A stretch of DNA of 64,000 bases from Escherichia coli (GTDB taxonomy: Bacteria; Pseudomonadota; Gammaproteobacteria; Enterobacterales; Enterobacteriaceae). The number at the start of each line of letters is the position of its first letter. Positions within the stretch are counted from its first letter, which is position 1. Under the pieces are notes generated by a model. The model did not search any database. It saw only the letters and a program-made list of their open reading frames with translations, and was not told where the DNA came from. Where the stretch lies: NCBI RefSeq assembly GCF_024502345.1, contig NZ_JALDNN010000001.1. The stretch is one strand, 5' to 3'. The position numbers were made by a program, and so were the translations under genes. Positions 1 to 13,635 of the stretch are shown here, one piece after another.

Positions 1-3000
1 CTGATGCTGCTCATGCTGTTCAGAGAGCACATCCAGCAGCATGGCGTGCGTTTCACGCACGTTCACGTTGAGGCGCACGCTGTTCACCTGACCAAACGAT
101 ACGTTCTGCAACCCCTGGTTGAGCATACGGATACGGTTCTGCTCGCGCTGAATGGTTTTGCGAATGATGTTCGCCACGCTGCGGGAACTGATCGCCAGTT
201 TCTGTTCACGGGAGGTTAATTCTTCGGTCAGACGGCTAAGTTCGATCTCCATCTGTTCGATAGCTTCCACCGGATCATCGGTACGAATAATATCCTGACG
301 AATACGTTCACGCAGATGCTGATAAACCGCCACGAAGAACTGAATTTTACGCTCCGGACGTTTCGGATCTTCCGACATGCGCAGCACGTCGCGCAGATGT
401 TCGTTATCCGCCACCGCCAGACGCAGCGCACCTAACGCCTTATCCGACATGGAACGCAAATCATCAGCGGAGAGATAAGCCAGCTCACGACGGTGTAAGC
501 GGCGCTCAACGCCGTTATCTTTCACCATGCGCATCACCGCACACCAGCCCGCTTTGGCGGTCACTACCTGCTCGCGCATCTCAAAGTAATCACGCTCCAG
601 CTTTCGCAGTTTGCGGGTCAGGTTGTCCATCTCCGCTTCGCAGAAGGTAAGCGCTTTTTCCAGTTGATTGCGGCGTGAACGGTTATTGCTCAGTTGCGCA
701 TGCAGCTCGTCACGGCGAATACGCGCCCGCTCTTCTGCCCCGCTATCAGCACGCACGCCGATATCCTGCAATTCACGTTGCAGATCGTTGAGTAGCTCTT
801 TTTTGGTGTCGTACGAACTTTTCAGCGAAGCCAGCACCTGGTTGTACTGACTCAACTGCGCTGCGTGACCGCGCAACGCTTCGCGAGCGCGGGTACGCTC
901 CGCTTCCGCCTGTTCCAGACGTTCACGCAGTTTTTCGTTGAGATCGTTGTTACCGCTAAGCATTTCTGCCGAGTCAGAATAGCTAAAGTGCGCACGACGC
1001 TGCACCACTTCCGTCAGGGCAAACGCCTGCTGACGGGCATCGCGCTGCATCTGCTGAGAGTACGCGTAATCTTCTTTTAACTGTTCGAACTGTTCCGGGT
1101 CGCTCTGCAATACCGAAACGATCGGTTCCAGTTTCGCCAGTTGATTGCCAAACTGCTGAACAAAACGCGCGGCTTCCTGGGCTTCATCCAGACGTTCGCG
1201 GATTTCATCGACGCGATCCGCCAGGCTGTCATCAGCCAACAGGTTGAGACGCGGCAGAATGCGGTTCAGCGCCGTAACGCCTTCTTTCGCCTGCTCAAAC
1301 TGAATACGCTGCTGCTGGTTATCATTTTCATGATTACTCAACGCCCGCTCCAGTTCGACGCGACGGCTGTTCAGTTGACGGATTTCTGCTTCCGGGTCAG
1401 ACTCAAACGCCACCGCCAGATGACTGCCGATAAAGCGGCTGAACGCCTGATGCAGACGCTGGGTTTTCTGTACATCAAAGGAGAGCGTGGCGAAGCGTTC
1501 GGAAAGCACTTCACGCTCGGCATGGAGGCTTTCAATACGGCTTTCACGCGCAGCACGACCAAACAGCGGCACTTCCGGGAAACGTGAATAACGCCACTGA
1601 CGATCGGCGATTTTCACCACTACCGCTTTTTCCAGCTCATCAACGCTGAACACGCTATCATCGAATGACTGCGGATCCCCTTCGATCAAATAGAGATCTT
1701 CCGGGCAATCGGTCAAGCCTTCCAGGTGTTCGGTTACCTGTGACAGATCTGGCACCACGATGGCGTGGCGTGACGGACCATACAGAGCCGAGAAGTATGG
1801 CGCATCTTCCAGGCTAACGTCGTCATAAATTTCTGACAGCAGCACACCACCAAAACGCTCTGCCAGCGCGTTCAGACGCTGATCTTCAGAGCCGCCAGGC
1901 TGGCTTAAACGTTCGATCTCTTCATCGACGGCGTTTTTGCGCGCGCCTACTTCATCGCGTTCAACAATCGCCTCGCGCTCACGCTCCAGCAACTGTTGCA
2001 GATATTCAGTGACGTCCTGGCTGGAGGAGAACTCTTCGCCGCACTGTTCACTCAACTGGTTGAGACTGTTTTGCGCTGCCAGCCAAACCGGTGCACGCTG
2101 CATCAAACTCTGAATGCGAGACTGCAGCTGTTCCTGCTCCTGGCGCAGTGCCATACGCTCTTCGCGGGCGTTAGACACGCTATCGGAAAGAGAGGCAATA
2201 CGCGCTTCCAGCTCCTGATGCAGGGCTTCCAGTTCATCGATATCAAAATTCTTGCCCTGACGTTTGCAGAAATCTGCCAGCAGACGCTCAGCTTCTTGCT
2301 GCTCGCGCAGACGCTGTTCCAGTTCACTTAAGCGCATCCGCAACGGTTGAACCTGCTCTGCCAGGTGACGCTGATCGACCCCTTCGCGCAGCAGTTCGCG
2401 GGCGACATCCCACGCCTCGTTACGCGCCAGCGGGCCGTTGATTGCCACCACCAGCTGATAAGCCTGCTCAAACTGGCTGTGCGCGGTTTGCGCCATGCTC
2501 ATTTTCTGCTCAAGAGAGAGCATTTTTTCAGTCGCTTCCTGCTCTTTCGCCTGGAAGGTTTCCAGCCATTCGGCGGCGCTGTCGGCGGTTAAGTCCGGCA
2601 GATGGCACAGTTCTTTGGCACGATTAAGTGCAGCAATCGCCTGGTTATACTGGATCGCGCGCGTTTGCTGGACGTCCAGCGCCTGCTGGTAGTCAGCAAG
2701 CTGGCTTTTCAGCTCGTCCACTTCCAGTTCGGCAGCTTCCGCACGAGCCTCATTCTCTTCCTGGCGTTCGATGGCTTCTGCCACCACTTCGTTTTGCTCT
2801 TCCAGACGGATCTGCAGCTCATCGAGATCCGCTTCGTAGCGTTCGATCTTCTCCTGCTGACGCAATGCGGTTTGCACCAGGTTCAGGTGATCGCTGGCCG
2901 CCTGATAATCCGCTTCCAGATCGCCTTCGGCACCGTTGTGCTCTGCCAGCTCACGCGCCATATCGACGTGTTTGTACTGCTCAGCCGCCAGTTGCTGACG

Positions 3001-3894
3001 CGAAGTGTGTAGCTCGCGACGAAACTCCAGGGCTTTGTCGAGATGGACACGGCGCTCGTTGGCGTGACGCATGTAGTCCGCCGCCACGTAGTTGGTGGCT
3101 TCGCTAATCAGATGCTTAAACAGGTCGCGGTCCGACTGGGTGACACGAATCGCTTCCAGCGTCATGCGGTTTTCACGCAGCGCCGCTTCCATGTCCTGGA
3201 ACGCTTTACGCACGCCGCTGTTTTCCGGCAACAGGTAGTCGCGCAGAGAACGGGTAATGGCACTGGAGATCCCGCCATACAGCGAAGCTTCGATCAGACG
3301 ATAGAATTTGCTACGGTCAGATGCGGAGCGCAGACGACGCGCGATGATGCCCAGATCGAACATCAGCGAGTGGTAATCGGTAATGGAGTTGAACTGTTTA
3401 AACTGCACGCCTTCCATCGCCTCGAGCTTGTCTTTCAGCTCGTTAAGCGGCAGCACGCGCGCCTGGCGTTCGTTCAGAGTTTCGGTCACCAGCTGTGTCG
3501 GCTGCACCGACATCGGCAGTCCCTGAATGGCAAATGGTTTGATATCCACTTTACGATCGCGTCCGGCAACCTGTTGCAGACGCACACCGACCACCACGCG
3601 CTGGTGGCGCGAGTTAATGGTGTCGAGCATCGAATAACAGACACCCGCTTTCAGCTTACCGTGCAGACCTTTATCGCGCGAACCGCTGGTGGCCCCGGCT
3701 TCCGTAGTGTTACGGAAATGCAGCAGGGTCAGGTCGGGGATCAGCGCCGTAACGAACGCCGCCATGGTGGTGGATTTACCCGCCCCGTTACCGCCAGAAA
3801 GCGTCGTGACCAGCTCGTCAAGGTCAAAAGTTCGGGCAAAAAAGCCGTTCCAGTTAATCAGCGTCAGTGAGCGAAATTTACCGCGTTCAATCAT
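1..3894 (-). CDS. mukB: Chromosome partition protein MukB (SMC-like), partial: about 190 C-terminal codons lie beyond the window start
   Basis: Minus-strand frame open to the window edge, so absent from the ORF track. N-terminus MIERGKF read codon by codon at 3894..3874; peptide [24 protein letters not shown] read at positions 1..72. Start ATG overlaps the mukE stop by 1 nt (TAATG). Confidence 0.95.
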   Translation of the reverse strand, partial: MIERGKFRSLTLINWNGFFARTFDLDELVTTLSGGNGAGKSTTMAAFVTALIPDLTLLHFRNTTEAGATSGSRDKGLHGKLKAGVCYSMLDTINSRHQRVVVGVRLQQVAGRDRKVDIKPFAIQGLPMSVQPTQLVTETLNERQARVLPLNELKDKLEAMEGVQFKQFNSITDYHSLMFDLGIIARRLRSASDRSKFYRLIEASLYGGISSAITRSLRDYLLPENSGVRKAFQDMEAALRENRMTLEAIRVTQSDRDLFKHLISEATNYVAADYMRHANERRVHLDKALEFRRELHTSRQQLAAEQYKHVDMARELAEHNGAEGDLEADYQAASDHLNLVQTALRQQEKIERYEADLDELQIRLEEQNEVVAEAIERQEENEARAEAAELEVDELKSQLADYQQALDVQQTRAIQYNQAIAALNRAKELCHLPDLTADSAAEWLETFQAKEQEATEKMLSLEQKMSMAQTAHSQFEQAYQLVVAINGPLARNEAWDVARELLREGVDQRHLAEQVQPLRMRLSELEQRLREQQEAERLLADFCKRQGKNFDIDELEALHQELEARIASLSDSVSNAREERMALRQEQEQLQSRIQSLMQRAPVWLAAQNSLNQLSEQCGEEFSSSQDVTEYLQQLLEREREAIVERDEVGARKNAVDEEIERLSQPGGSEDQRLNALAERFGGVLLSEIYDDVSLEDAPYFSALYGPSRHAIVVPDLSQVTEHLEGLTDCPEDLYLIEGDPQSFDDSVFSVDELEKAVVVKIADRQWRYSRFPEVPLFGRAARESRIESLHAEREVLSERFATLSFDVQKTQRLHQAFSRFIGSHLAVAFESDPEAEIRQLNSRRVELERALSNHENDNQQQRIQFEQAKEGVTALNRILPRLNLLADDSLADRVDEIRERLDEAQEAARFVQQFGNQLAKLEPIVSVLQSDPEQFEQLKEDYAYSQQMQRDARQQAFALTEVVQRRAHFSYSDSAEMLSGNNDLNEKLRERLEQAEAERTRAREALRGHAAQLSQYNQVLASLKSSYDTKKELLNDLQRELQDIGVRADSGAEERARIRRDELHAQLSNNRSRRNQLEKALTFCEAEMDNLTRKLRKLERDYFEMREQVVTAKAGWCAVMRMVKDNGVERRLHRRELAYLSADDLRSMSDKALGALRLAVADNEHLRDVLRMSEDPKRPERKIQFFVAVYQHLRERIRQDIIRTDDPVEAIEQMEIELSRLTEELTSREQKLAISSRSVANIIRKTIQREQNRIRMLNQGLQNVSFGQVNSVRLNVNVRETHAMLLDVLSEQHEQHQ

Positions 3895-4598
3895 TATTCT
3901 TCCTCTCCGCTATCTGGCTGATTCTCTTCGGTTTCATCGTTGAGTTGCAGATGATTTTCAATCGGCATTGCTTCGCCATCACGAATCAGGCGACGCTGTG
4001 CTTCACGGGGATCGTCGCCAGCACGCACATCGGCTCCGAAGCGGAACACCGATTCGGTAATGCGGAACTTGCTGCTGTCGTGGCCCATAAACCACACCAT
4101 GCCTAAACGACGCAGACGGTTGAGCGAAGAACGTACTTTTTCCTGCAACTTCTGACGGTCAACGTCTGAACCGGTTGAACGGTTGTTCACCAGTTTCAGC
4201 AGTTTCGCTTCATCAGCCAGGGTGAGCAGTTCGTCGTACAGTTCCTGTTGAGTAAAAATCCCCTCATTCGCCAGCCGTTCCGGGCTGAGATAGAGATAAC
4301 AGAGGATTTTCCCGACCATCATATCCAGTTCCGACAAGACGGAACGAGGGATCAGCGTGGTGGAACGTGGGCGTAAATAGAAGAACCCTTCTGGTGCGCG
4401 AATAAGCTCAACGTTATAACGCGCGTAAAACTCTTCCAGATATTCCTGAAAATCCATCAGGAATGCATGATTATCCAGTTCGTCGAGGCCAATATGGCGG
4501 CCTGAACGTAAGGCGCTGTCCAGCGCCGGAAATAACGGATTCGCCAGCGCCTGCGCCAGCTTAACCGGCATCACTTGTTCAATATTTGTCGATGACAT
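3894..4598 (-). CDS. mukE: Chromosome partition protein MukE
   Basis: ORF track 3894..4625 (243 aa). Start placed at the ATG at 4598 (MSSTNIEQ..., 234 aa) to match the known protein; the in-frame ATG at 4625 is an alternative. Overlaps the mukF 3' end by 20 nt. Confidence 0.9.
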
Positions 4599-5901
4599 GC
4601 GCCTGTACCTTGGCTCCGTAATCATTAATCGGCTGCCATTTCGCTGGCAGTCCGGTGAAATCTGCTTGCGCTACGCCAAGACGTACCGCCTGATCAATAA
4701 CAATGCGCGCAACGTCAAAGTGACGTGCACGCGGATACTGTGACAAATATTCGCGTACCACCAGACCAAGATCCAGCGGCACTTGTCTGGTTTTGTACAC
4801 GGCAAGTTGTTCTTCGATGATCGCCGCCAGCTGTTCGCGGATCTCGTTAAACTCTTCGTATTCCAAATCTGGCGGAAGTTCCCCAGTCACTTCTTCATCG
4901 CGCAGTGCCATCTCTTCGTCACGCATATCCAGCAGACGATCGGCATTGGCATAAGTTAGCGCCCACGGCTCATCAAAATAGGTTTGTACCGACTGACGTA
5001 ACCGCTGAGCAAAGACGCGGTTTTTATCCATATCGATCGCGGTACGAATAAATTTATGTACGTGGCGGTCGTAGCCAATCCACAAATCGATGGATTGCTG
5101 GCCCCAACTGATAATACGGTCGAGTTTGCTCTGCAGATCGAACACCAGACGATCGACAAAATGCAGATCGTCATGAGTCATCGTCGCATCCTGAATGCGC
5201 AACAGATTAGCCTGCAATTTGTCGCCTGCCGCTTCCAGCGTATCCTGCAATTCACGCAGCGTTCCGGAAGTTTCCGAAAGCAACAATTCACAGCTGGAAA
5301 TCGCCGCCCGCCAGTCTTTGTTCAGCAACTGGGCGATATCGTCCTTCACCTGCTGCTGCTGTTCGTCCATCAGACGTTGCGTCAGGTCGATACTGTCGAA
5401 AATTTCTGCTACCGAATATTTCAGTGGCGCATAGACATTACGGTGCCAGTGAAATTCATCACCGCCCTCTTCGGCGGCATCTGCTGCGCGTTTGAGCTCA
5501 CCCGCCACAATCGACAACTGCATAGAAAGGCGCAGCGTAGAAAACTCGCGCTGACGGATGTAATAGTCAGTAATGCCGATGCCGAGCGGCGTCAGACGGT
5601 AAATAGCGTTACCTTCCGCCTGCTCGCTGGTAAAGCGGTTCAGCAGACGTTGACGCACCATGTCGTTGATCGCGTTATTGGCGCGCACGCCGATGGTTTC
5701 GCTGGTTTGCTCAAACGCATCACTCACATGGCGGAATGCATCCACCAGCTCGCCTTCACTCATCTCACCATCCAGACGCTCGCCGTTCAGCGTGGCAACC
5801 GCCAGCAGAAAAGAGAGTCGGTCTACCGGCAGCGAGATGGAGAAGTCATTTTTTCTGGCCCAGGCAACCAGTTCGGGGACTGTCTGGGAAAATTCACTCA
5901 T
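4579..5901 (-). CDS. mukF: Chromosome partition protein MukF (kleisin)
   Basis: ORF track, 440 aa, [20 protein letters not shown]...; length matches MukF. 4-nt overlap with the cmoM stop. Confidence 0.95.
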
Positions 5902-6683
5902 ACTTTATCCTTGCTCTGCGGTTTGCGCGCGGTGACATGAATATAACGCCCCAGGGTAATATACGGTTCCTGACGGCAATAACGCGTTTCTAATTCAAGT
6001 AATGCTTCATAGCAGTCGCGCTGCTGGTGCTTCTCGCGCAGATAATCATGAAACACGCGAACGCCTGTCTTACCCATAATTTGCCAACCAGCTTCTTCCA
6101 GCCACAGATAAACCTGCGCCGGGTCGCGTGGATAATCTGGCGAAAGCGTCCGTTTTTTCTTTTTCGGCATTCCCGCCTGCACGTAATCAAAATTCCCGGC
6201 GACCATGTTATGCATCAACAAACCATGCGCATTGTAGAACATTAACGACAACACGCCGCCTGGACGCAACACTGACCACAGGGTCTGCAATACGCTGCGG
6301 GGATCAGCCACCCACTCGAGCACCGCATGGAACAATATCAGATCAACGGGCGTTTCCAAATGCGAAGCAACATCCTGAGCGGCGCAATGTATAAATTGCA
6401 TGTTGTCGCTCACACCTTTTGCTTCTGCCGCCTGTTTTGCGCGGTCGATCATCTGCGCAGAAAGATCGCATAAAATGACCTGATGCCCGCGCTCGGCCAT
6501 TTTGATTGCGGTCTGCCCTTCTCCACCGCCCGCATCCAGCACACGCAGTTTTTGCGGACCCATTTCCGCCAGCACGCGATCGAGATCCTGCCACAGAATA
6601 GCCTGTCGAAGCTGCCCTTTGGTGGTGCCGTAAATGTTACGGGAAAACTTTTCCGCAATATCATCAAAATTGCGATCCTGCAT
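5898..6683 (-). CDS. cmoM: SAM-dependent methyltransferase CmoM (SmtA), tRNA mcmo5U methylation
   Basis: ORF track 5898..6695 begins at a GTG. ATG at 6683 gives [13 protein letters not shown]... (261 aa). SAM-binding motif VLDAGGGEG present. Confidence 0.9.
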
Positions 6684-6818
6684 TGCTTTCTCCACCGGTT
6701 GGCTAAGACGTTTTCTGATAAAGACGCTATTTTGTCACAGCCACGGCGAGAATGAACCCGTCTGGTGTAATATCGCTGGCGATCCCTTGCTATATGGTTA
6801 AAAAAGGAACCAGAAAGG

Positions 6819-7598
6819 ATGCTTTTTACACTGAAAAAAGTGATTGGCAATATGTTGCTGCCACTTCCGCTGATGTTGTTAATTATTGGCGCTGGCCTGG
6901 CGCTGCTGTGGTTTAGCCGTTTTCAAAAAACCGGGAAGATTTTTATTAGCATTGGGTGGCTGTCACTCTTGTTATTGAGTTTGCAACCGGTAGCCGACCG
7001 CCTGCTGCGTCCCATCGAAAGCACCTATCCGACATGGAATAATTCGCAAAAAGTGGACTATATCGTGGTGCTCAGAGGTGGTTATACCTGGAACCCGCAG
7101 TGGGCACCGAGCTCTAATTTAATCAATAACAGTCTGCCACGCCTGAATGAGGGTATCCGTTTATGGCGCGAAAATCCGGGTTCAAAACTGATCTTCACGG
7201 GAGGCGTAGCAAAAACCAATACGGTGAGTACAGCGGAAGTAGGTGCCAGAGTTGCGCAATCGCTGGGCGTACCGCGCGAGCAAATTATCACCCTGGATTT
7301 GCCAAAAGATACCGAAGAAGAAGCTGCGGCAGTGAAACAGGCGATTGGTGACGCCCCTTTCCTGCTGGTGACCTCCGCATCACATCTGCCGCGGGCGATG
7401 ATCTTTTTTCAGCAGGAAGGGTTAAATCCGCTACCAGCCCCGGCGAATCAGTTGGCCATCGACTCGCCGCTTAATCCGTGGGAACGGGCAATCCCTTCTC
7501 CGGTCTGGCTGATGCATAGCGATCGTGTTGGCTATGAAACGCTTGGCCGCATCTGGCAGTGGCTGAAAGGTTCGTCAGGCGAGCCACGGCAAGAGTGA
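6819..7598 (+). CDS. elyC: Envelope biogenesis factor ElyC (YcbC), DUF218 family
   Basis: ORF track, 259 aa, with an N-terminal transmembrane segment. Divergent from cmoM; 3' end overlaps ycbJ on the opposite strand. Confidence 0.85.
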   Translation: MLFTLKKVIGNMLLPLPLMLLIIGAGLALLWFSRFQKTGKIFISIGWLSLLLLSLQPVADRLLRPIESTYPTWNNSQKVDYIVVLRGGYTWNPQWAPSSNLINNSLPRLNEGIRLWRENPGSKLIFTGGVAKTNTVSTAEVGARVAQSLGVPREQIITLDLPKDTEEEAAAVKQAIGDAPFLLVTSASHLPRAMIFFQQEGLNPLPAPANQLAIDSPLNPWERAIPSPVWLMHSDRVGYETLGRIWQWLKGSSGEPRQE

Positions 7599-8468
7599 TT
7601 TTGATGCCAGATCGAAGTTGCGCCGACTAAATCGTCCGGTATTAACCAGTTGCGCAACTTCATCCCATAACACATACAACCAACGCCGCCAGATGAACGA
7701 CTCCGCCACTGGCGCGCGTTGCAGGTAACTCCAGAGCAAATCTTCCGCCAGAGAATTATCCATTAGTCGGAACAGTTCGTATTCTCGCGGTGCCCAAAGC
7801 ATTAGTCCCGGCCCGACCATCGCCAGTAACTGATCGCTGCGCGAATCTTTCAGCATGCTGCGTAAACAGAAGTTACCGTGAATCAACACACAATTGTCGT
7901 TAAAGCCTTCAAATAATGCCGGGAGACATTCGCGAGTGCGAAACAGGATCCGCTTATCCTGCATCGTCAGACCGGTGTTATTGAACTGATTGAGCGTGGT
8001 CCATAGCACTTCAACATGTTGCCGGTACCATGAGGGCCAGAAATTTTCCTGAGTATTGTCGACCGCGCCGACGCAACCGCGACTGTCCTGACGGTGCCAG
8101 GCCAGTAAGGCTTCAACGATTTGGTCTTTAAGCTGTTCCCAGCGTTCTGGTGTTCGGGCTGGTGCCTCCACCGAAACACCACGCATCCGCTCCAGTAGCA
8201 GGACATCAGGGCCGGGGTGTTCTTCATGCGTCATCACACCATAAATAGTCGGCATACGGACAGTCCCACTTCTTGCCAGCATGGTGGTTTTCCATGCCAG
8301 TTGTCGGGCTTTTCCGGGCGTACTAAAGCTTCTTGCCATTAACGGCATTGGGTTTCCCTGGCTGTCATACAAAGCCCACAACGCCGTATCCGCTTTTTCA
8401 TTGACGCACTCAATACGACTGAGTTTTTCGCCCAGTAAATGGCTTAATTCGGCACGCAGCTGTTCCAT
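7575..8468 (-). CDS. ycbJ: Uncharacterised kinase-like protein YcbJ (aminoglycoside phosphotransferase fold)
   Basis: ORF track, 297 aa, MEQLRAELSHLLGEKLSRIECV.... Confidence 0.85.
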   Translation of the reverse strand: MEQLRAELSHLLGEKLSRIECVNEKADTALWALYDSQGNPMPLMARSFSTPGKARQLAWKTTMLARSGTVRMPTIYGVMTHEEHPGPDVLLLERMRGVSVEAPARTPERWEQLKDQIVEALLAWHRQDSRGCVGAVDNTQENFWPSWYRQHVEVLWTTLNQFNNTGLTMQDKRILFRTRECLPALFEGFNDNCVLIHGNFCLRSMLKDSRSDQLLAMVGPGLMLWAPREYELFRLMDNSLAEDLLWSYLQRAPVAESFIWRRWLYVLWDEVAQLVNTGRFSRRNFDLASKSLLPWLA

Positions 8469-8621
8469 TCAGATTACCCTCATAAAAGCTACTGCTTTCA
8501 TAATGAGCGCCAATATAAAAGATGTCACCTGAATGAGATCAATTGTTGAAAAGAAAAATTGAGGAAAATCGTAACGGTACGACACTCCTCCCAAAATTGG
8601 CTGGAGTGTCGTGAAGTGAAA

Positions 8622-9547
<926 letters not shown>

Positions 9548-9598
9548 AGTTCCTCCAGATGGATCGGGTTATGAATGCATAAATCTTATCATAATCAT

Positions 9599-10831
9599 TT
9601 ATGCGACGGGGTCTATTTCCCAGCCGGTGCGGCAATCCGTAAAGAGACCTTGCGGGCAGTGTCCTAATGTCACCCGCGTTGCCTGCTGCCAGTTAGCGAA
9701 ATCAGTAATCGCCTGACGTAACCCTTTTTGCAGCGTTGTCGTTGGTTTAATACCTTCCTGTAACCACAGAGAGATAACTTCAAGGATGCCTGTCTGGCGA
9801 TGCATTTTGGCATCCATTCGCCCAACTAATTGCCCACGATGTAATAACGGCAGAACAAAATATCCATACTGGCGTTTCGGCGCTGGGGTATAGCACTCCA
9901 GCCGGTAGCTAAAATCAAAAAGCTGCTCTGCGCGTTTGCGATCCCAGACAACAGGATCAAAAGGCGAAAGTACCGCGCTGTGCGTTGCAGTGAGCTTTCC
10001 GGCCAGCGCTCGCTCGAGTAGCGGCAGCAAATCAGCATGCAGCCAAAGATTGCCCAGTTTTTCAACATGCACAGCAATGATTTGCTGCTGTTCAGCCCTC
10101 GCTTCACGCCACGCCGCCAGTGCCGGACGTTTCAGCCGATAGTAATCTGCCAGCCACTGTTCGCGGAATATTCCCAGGCTACGCGCACTGTTATCCAGCA
10201 TGATGATTTCTGCTTCTGTTTGCGAAACGAGATCGCGCTCATCATCCCACTCAGGCATGACACGGTTGGTTAAATCATAAACGCGCTGGAAGTTGCGCCG
10301 TTCAATCACCATCACCTTTCCGGCAGTAAATAAACCTTCCAGATGCCGTTTATGCGGCTTCCATTCCCACCAGCCGCTTGCACCTTTACGAGGATGCTCA
10401 AAATCGGCTGAACGTACCGGCCCCTTATCATGAATATGCTGAATTAACTGTGCAATTTCCGCCTCATGTTCCTGCATCCAGGCGTCTTTGTATTTCCAGC
10501 CCATTTTTTCAGGTGCCAGCATGCGGTGGCGAATAAGACGAAAGTCGCTGCGTGGCATAAAGCAGGCTTCATGCGCCCAGTATTCCATTAATTCGCCACG
10601 CGCCAGAGACTCATCCAGCCACTGGGCAGGATAATTTCCCAGACGACTGAAAAGCACCAGATATGGGCTACGGGCAACAATATTGATGGTATCGATTTGC
10701 AGCAAGGACATGCGGGAGATCGTTGCCGGAATATCCTCCAACGACGCTCGACGGCGGGGTTTGTTTAACAGGCCTTGCGCGGCAAGGTGAAGATTACGCG
10801 CATCAGCAAGGGAGAGGTGCGGCAGCGACAT
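9599..10831 (-). CDS. ycaQ: YcaQ, winged-helix DNA glycosylase family (interstrand crosslink repair)
   Basis: ORF track, 410 aa; length and sequence match YcaQ. Confidence 0.85.
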   Translation of the reverse strand: MSLPHLSLADARNLHLAAQGLLNKPRRRASLEDIPATISRMSLLQIDTINIVARSPYLVLFSRLGNYPAQWLDESLARGELMEYWAHEACFMPRSDFRLIRHRMLAPEKMGWKYKDAWMQEHEAEIAQLIQHIHDKGPVRSADFEHPRKGASGWWEWKPHKRHLEGLFTAGKVMVIERRNFQRVYDLTNRVMPEWDDERDLVSQTEAEIIMLDNSARSLGIFREQWLADYYRLKRPALAAWREARAEQQQIIAVHVEKLGNLWLHADLLPLLERALAGKLTATHSAVLSPFDPVVWDRKRAEQLFDFSYRLECYTPAPKRQYGYFVLPLLHRGQLVGRMDAKMHRQTGILEVISLWLQEGIKPTTTLQKGLRQAITDFANWQQATRVTLGHCPQGLFTDCRTGWEIDPVA

Positions 10832-10867
10832 TCATGACTCCATCAATCGAACGCTGCCGCGGCGTAA

Positions 10868-11854
10868 CTAGTTGCCAGAAGCCAGCGAGGTTAGTTGCGC
10901 AAGCAGTTTCGCTGGTTCATCACCTGAAAGCTGTGCGTCAACGGGCAAATACCACCAATTTTCTTCTGCAAAGGCCCGGCATTTCACCGCATCTTTTTCA
11001 GTCATTACCAGCGTTTGCCCGGTGCTTACCAACGCGCTGACATCCGCATGGTTCAAAGACTGATGATCGGCCAGCGGTACACATTTTTCCGGTTGTACGC
11101 CGCACATCTTCAGCGTGGCAAAAAAGCGCGGCGGATGCCCAATCCCCGCCATCGCCACTACATGTTCAAGCTGAGCAACGTCACAACGCGTACCGGTACG
11201 TAAATTCACCGCCTGACCCGGCAGAAGATGCATGGGGATTTCACCGCTGCGGGGGACACCGCCGTTGACGATTACCGCATCAACCGACTTTAAGCGCCCC
11301 GCTCGCTCACGCATTGGCCCCGCCGGCAACCACCAGCCATTGCCAAAGCGACGCACACCATCAACAACGACAATTTCCACATCACGCGCCAGACGGTAAT
11401 GCTGTAAACCGTCGTCGGTTACGATGATCTGCACATCAGGGTGTTGCGCCAGAATGGCTTTTACCGCATCAGAACGCACGGGAGAAACCGCAACGGGCGC
11501 GCCAGTGCGTTGATAAATCAACACAGGTTCATCACCCGCCTGTGCTGTAGTGGTATCTGCCGACAATAACAGCGGATAAGATTCAGCCTTACCACCATAT
11601 CCCCGCGATACGACCCCCACGCGAATACCGCGCTGTTGCAACTGTTCCACCAGCCAGACAACGACCGGGGTTTTTCCGTTGCCGCCTGCGGTGAGATTAC
11701 CAACCACGACAACCGGTACGGGGGCACGCCAGGCGCGCTTCAGTTTTAGTTTATAGCAAAGACGGATCGCGCCACTCACCAGGCCATACAACCAAGAGAG
11801 TGGCAGCAATAGCCGCCACAAAGGGGATTCACCAGACCAGATTTTTTCGATCAT
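10868..11854 (-). CDS. lpxK: Tetraacyldisaccharide 4'-kinase (lipid A biosynthesis)
   Basis: ORF track, 328 aa; P-loop [12 protein letters not shown]. Start overlaps the msbA stop by 4 nt. Confidence 0.95.
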   Translation of the reverse strand: MIEKIWSGESPLWRLLLPLSWLYGLVSGAIRLCYKLKLKRAWRAPVPVVVVGNLTAGGNGKTPVVVWLVEQLQQRGIRVGVVSRGYGGKAESYPLLLSADTTTAQAGDEPVLIYQRTGAPVAVSPVRSDAVKAILAQHPDVQIIVTDDGLQHYRLARDVEIVVVDGVRRFGNGWWLPAGPMRERAGRLKSVDAVIVNGGVPRSGEIPMHLLPGQAVNLRTGTRCDVAQLEHVVAMAGIGHPPRFFATLKMCGVQPEKCVPLADHQSLNHADVSALVSTGQTLVMTEKDAVKCRAFAEENWWYLPVDAQLSGDEPAKLLAQLTSLASGN

Positions 11855-13599
11855 TGGCCAAACTGCATTTTGTGAAGTTGCGCGTAAACGCCGCGGTGCT
11901 CAAGCAAATCGTTATGCGTACCGCGTTCCACAATGACACCATCCTCAACGACCACGATTTCGTCTGCCTTTTCAATGGTAGACAAGCGGTGGGCAATCAC
12001 CAGAGAGGTACGGTTTTTCTGCAACTCATCTAGTGCCGCCTGAATCGCACGTTCGGATTCGGTATCCAACGCCGAGGTAGCTTCGTCCAGAATCAGAATC
12101 GGGCTATCACGCAACAAGGCTCGAGCGATAGCAATACGCTGACGCTGACCGCCAGAGAGCAGCACGCCGTTTTCACCAATCACTGTATCGAGACCGTTAT
12201 CCATCTTATTGATGAAGTCCATGGCGTAGGCCATACGCGCCGCTTCTTCAATTTGCTCACGGCTGTACTGTTCAGTCCGTGCGTAAGCAATGTTGTTAGC
12301 AACCGTATCGTTAAACAGATGGACATTCTGCGACACCAGAGCAACCTGGTTACGTAACGACGCCAGAGTATACTCGCGCAGATCGTGACCATCCATCAGG
12401 ATTTCGCCTTCATCAATATCGTAAAAACGCGTGATCAGGCTGGCGATGGTTGATTTACCTGAACCAGAGCGTCCAACCAGAGCAACCGTCTTCCCTGCCG
12501 GAATTTTCAGGTTGATGTTACGCAAGGCGGGTACGTCACGTCCCGGATAAGTAAAGGTGACATTGCGGAATTCCACGTCGCCAGTCGCACGCTCGAGCAC
12601 GCGCTTACCTTCGTCTTTCTCCTGCTCACTGTCCAGAATGGTAAACAGCGTCTGACAAGCCGCCATACCGCGCTGGAACTGGGCGTTAACGTTGGTCAGC
12701 GATTTCAGCGGACGCATCAGTGCAATCATCGAAGAGAAAACAACGGTAATCGTACCGGCAGTCAGGCTATCCATGACACTTGGGAAGCTCGCCGCATACA
12801 GAACAAACGCCAGCGCCAAAGAGGCGATCAGCTGAATGATCGGATCAGAGATGGAAGAGGCTGAAACCATTTTCATCCCCTGAAGACGCATTCGGTTACT
12901 GACTTTATCGAAGCGTTTCGTTTCAACTTCCTGACCACCGAAAATCAATACTTCTTTATGGCCTTTCAGCATTTGTTCAGCGCTGGTGGTCACCTGCCCC
13001 ATGGTGTTCTGCATGTTTTTACTGATGTTGCGAAAACGCTTCGATACTACGCGAATCGCAATCGAAACAATCGGTGCCAGCACAATCAAAATGATCGACA
13101 ATTGCCAACTGTAATAGAACATCATGATGAACAGGCCGATGATCGACGCACCTTCACGCACAACAGTAATCAGTGCGCCGGAAGAGGAAGAAGCAACCTG
13201 TTCGGAATCGTAGGTGATACGTGACAACAGCGTACCCGTTGACTGTTTGTCAAAGAATGAAACCGGCATTCCCATCATGTGACCAAACAGGCGGCGACGC
13301 ATGGTCATTACCACCTTTCCTGATACCCAGGAGATACAGTAGCTGGAGACATAGCTGGTGATACCACGCAAAATCATCAGCCCGATCACCACCAGCGGCA
13401 TCCACACCAGCACGGAGCGATCTGTTTTACCAAAGCCATCATCAAGAAGTGGCTTAAGGAGCGATAACATGAAGGTATCGCTGGCTGCGTTGAGGATTAA
13501 CGCTACGCCCGCCACGATCAGACCCGCTTTAAAAGGCGCAATGGTTGGCCACAGTCGGCGGAATGTCTGCCACGTAGAGAGATCTTTGTCGTTATGCAT
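11851..13599 (-). CDS. msbA: Lipid A / LPS flippase ABC transporter MsbA
   Basis: ORF track, 582 aa; Walker [13 protein letters not shown] signature LSGGQRQR, Walker [10 protein letters not shown]. Confidence 0.95.
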   Translation of the reverse strand: MHNDKDLSTWQTFRRLWPTIAPFKAGLIVAGVALILNAASDTFMLSLLKPLLDDGFGKTDRSVLVWMPLVVIGLMILRGITSYVSSYCISWVSGKVVMTMRRRLFGHMMGMPVSFFDKQSTGTLLSRITYDSEQVASSSSGALITVVREGASIIGLFIMMFYYSWQLSIILIVLAPIVSIAIRVVSKRFRNISKNMQNTMGQVTTSAEQMLKGHKEVLIFGGQEVETKRFDKVSNRMRLQGMKMVSASSISDPIIQLIASLALAFVLYAASFPSVMDSLTAGTITVVFSSMIALMRPLKSLTNVNAQFQRGMAACQTLFTILDSEQEKDEGKRVLERATGDVEFRNVTFTYPGRDVPALRNINLKIPAGKTVALVGRSGSGKSTIASLITRFYDIDEGEILMDGHDLREYTLASLRNQVALVSQNVHLFNDTVANNIAYARTEQYSREQIEEAARMAYAMDFINKMDNGLDTVIGENGVLLSGGQRQRIAIARALLRDSPILILDEATSALDTESERAIQAALDELQKNRTSLVIAHRLSTIEKADEIVVVEDGVIVERGTHNDLLEHRGVYAQLHKMQFGQ

Positions 13600-13635
13600 T
13601 CAAAAAACCAGCATTTGTTGAAATAGCCGCATATT

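Noticed and set aside
3043-5940. Long plus-strand ORFs (275 and 294 aa) across mukB and mukF
   Set aside because: Antisense to well-supported minus-strand genes; no conserved domain is recognisable in the translations.
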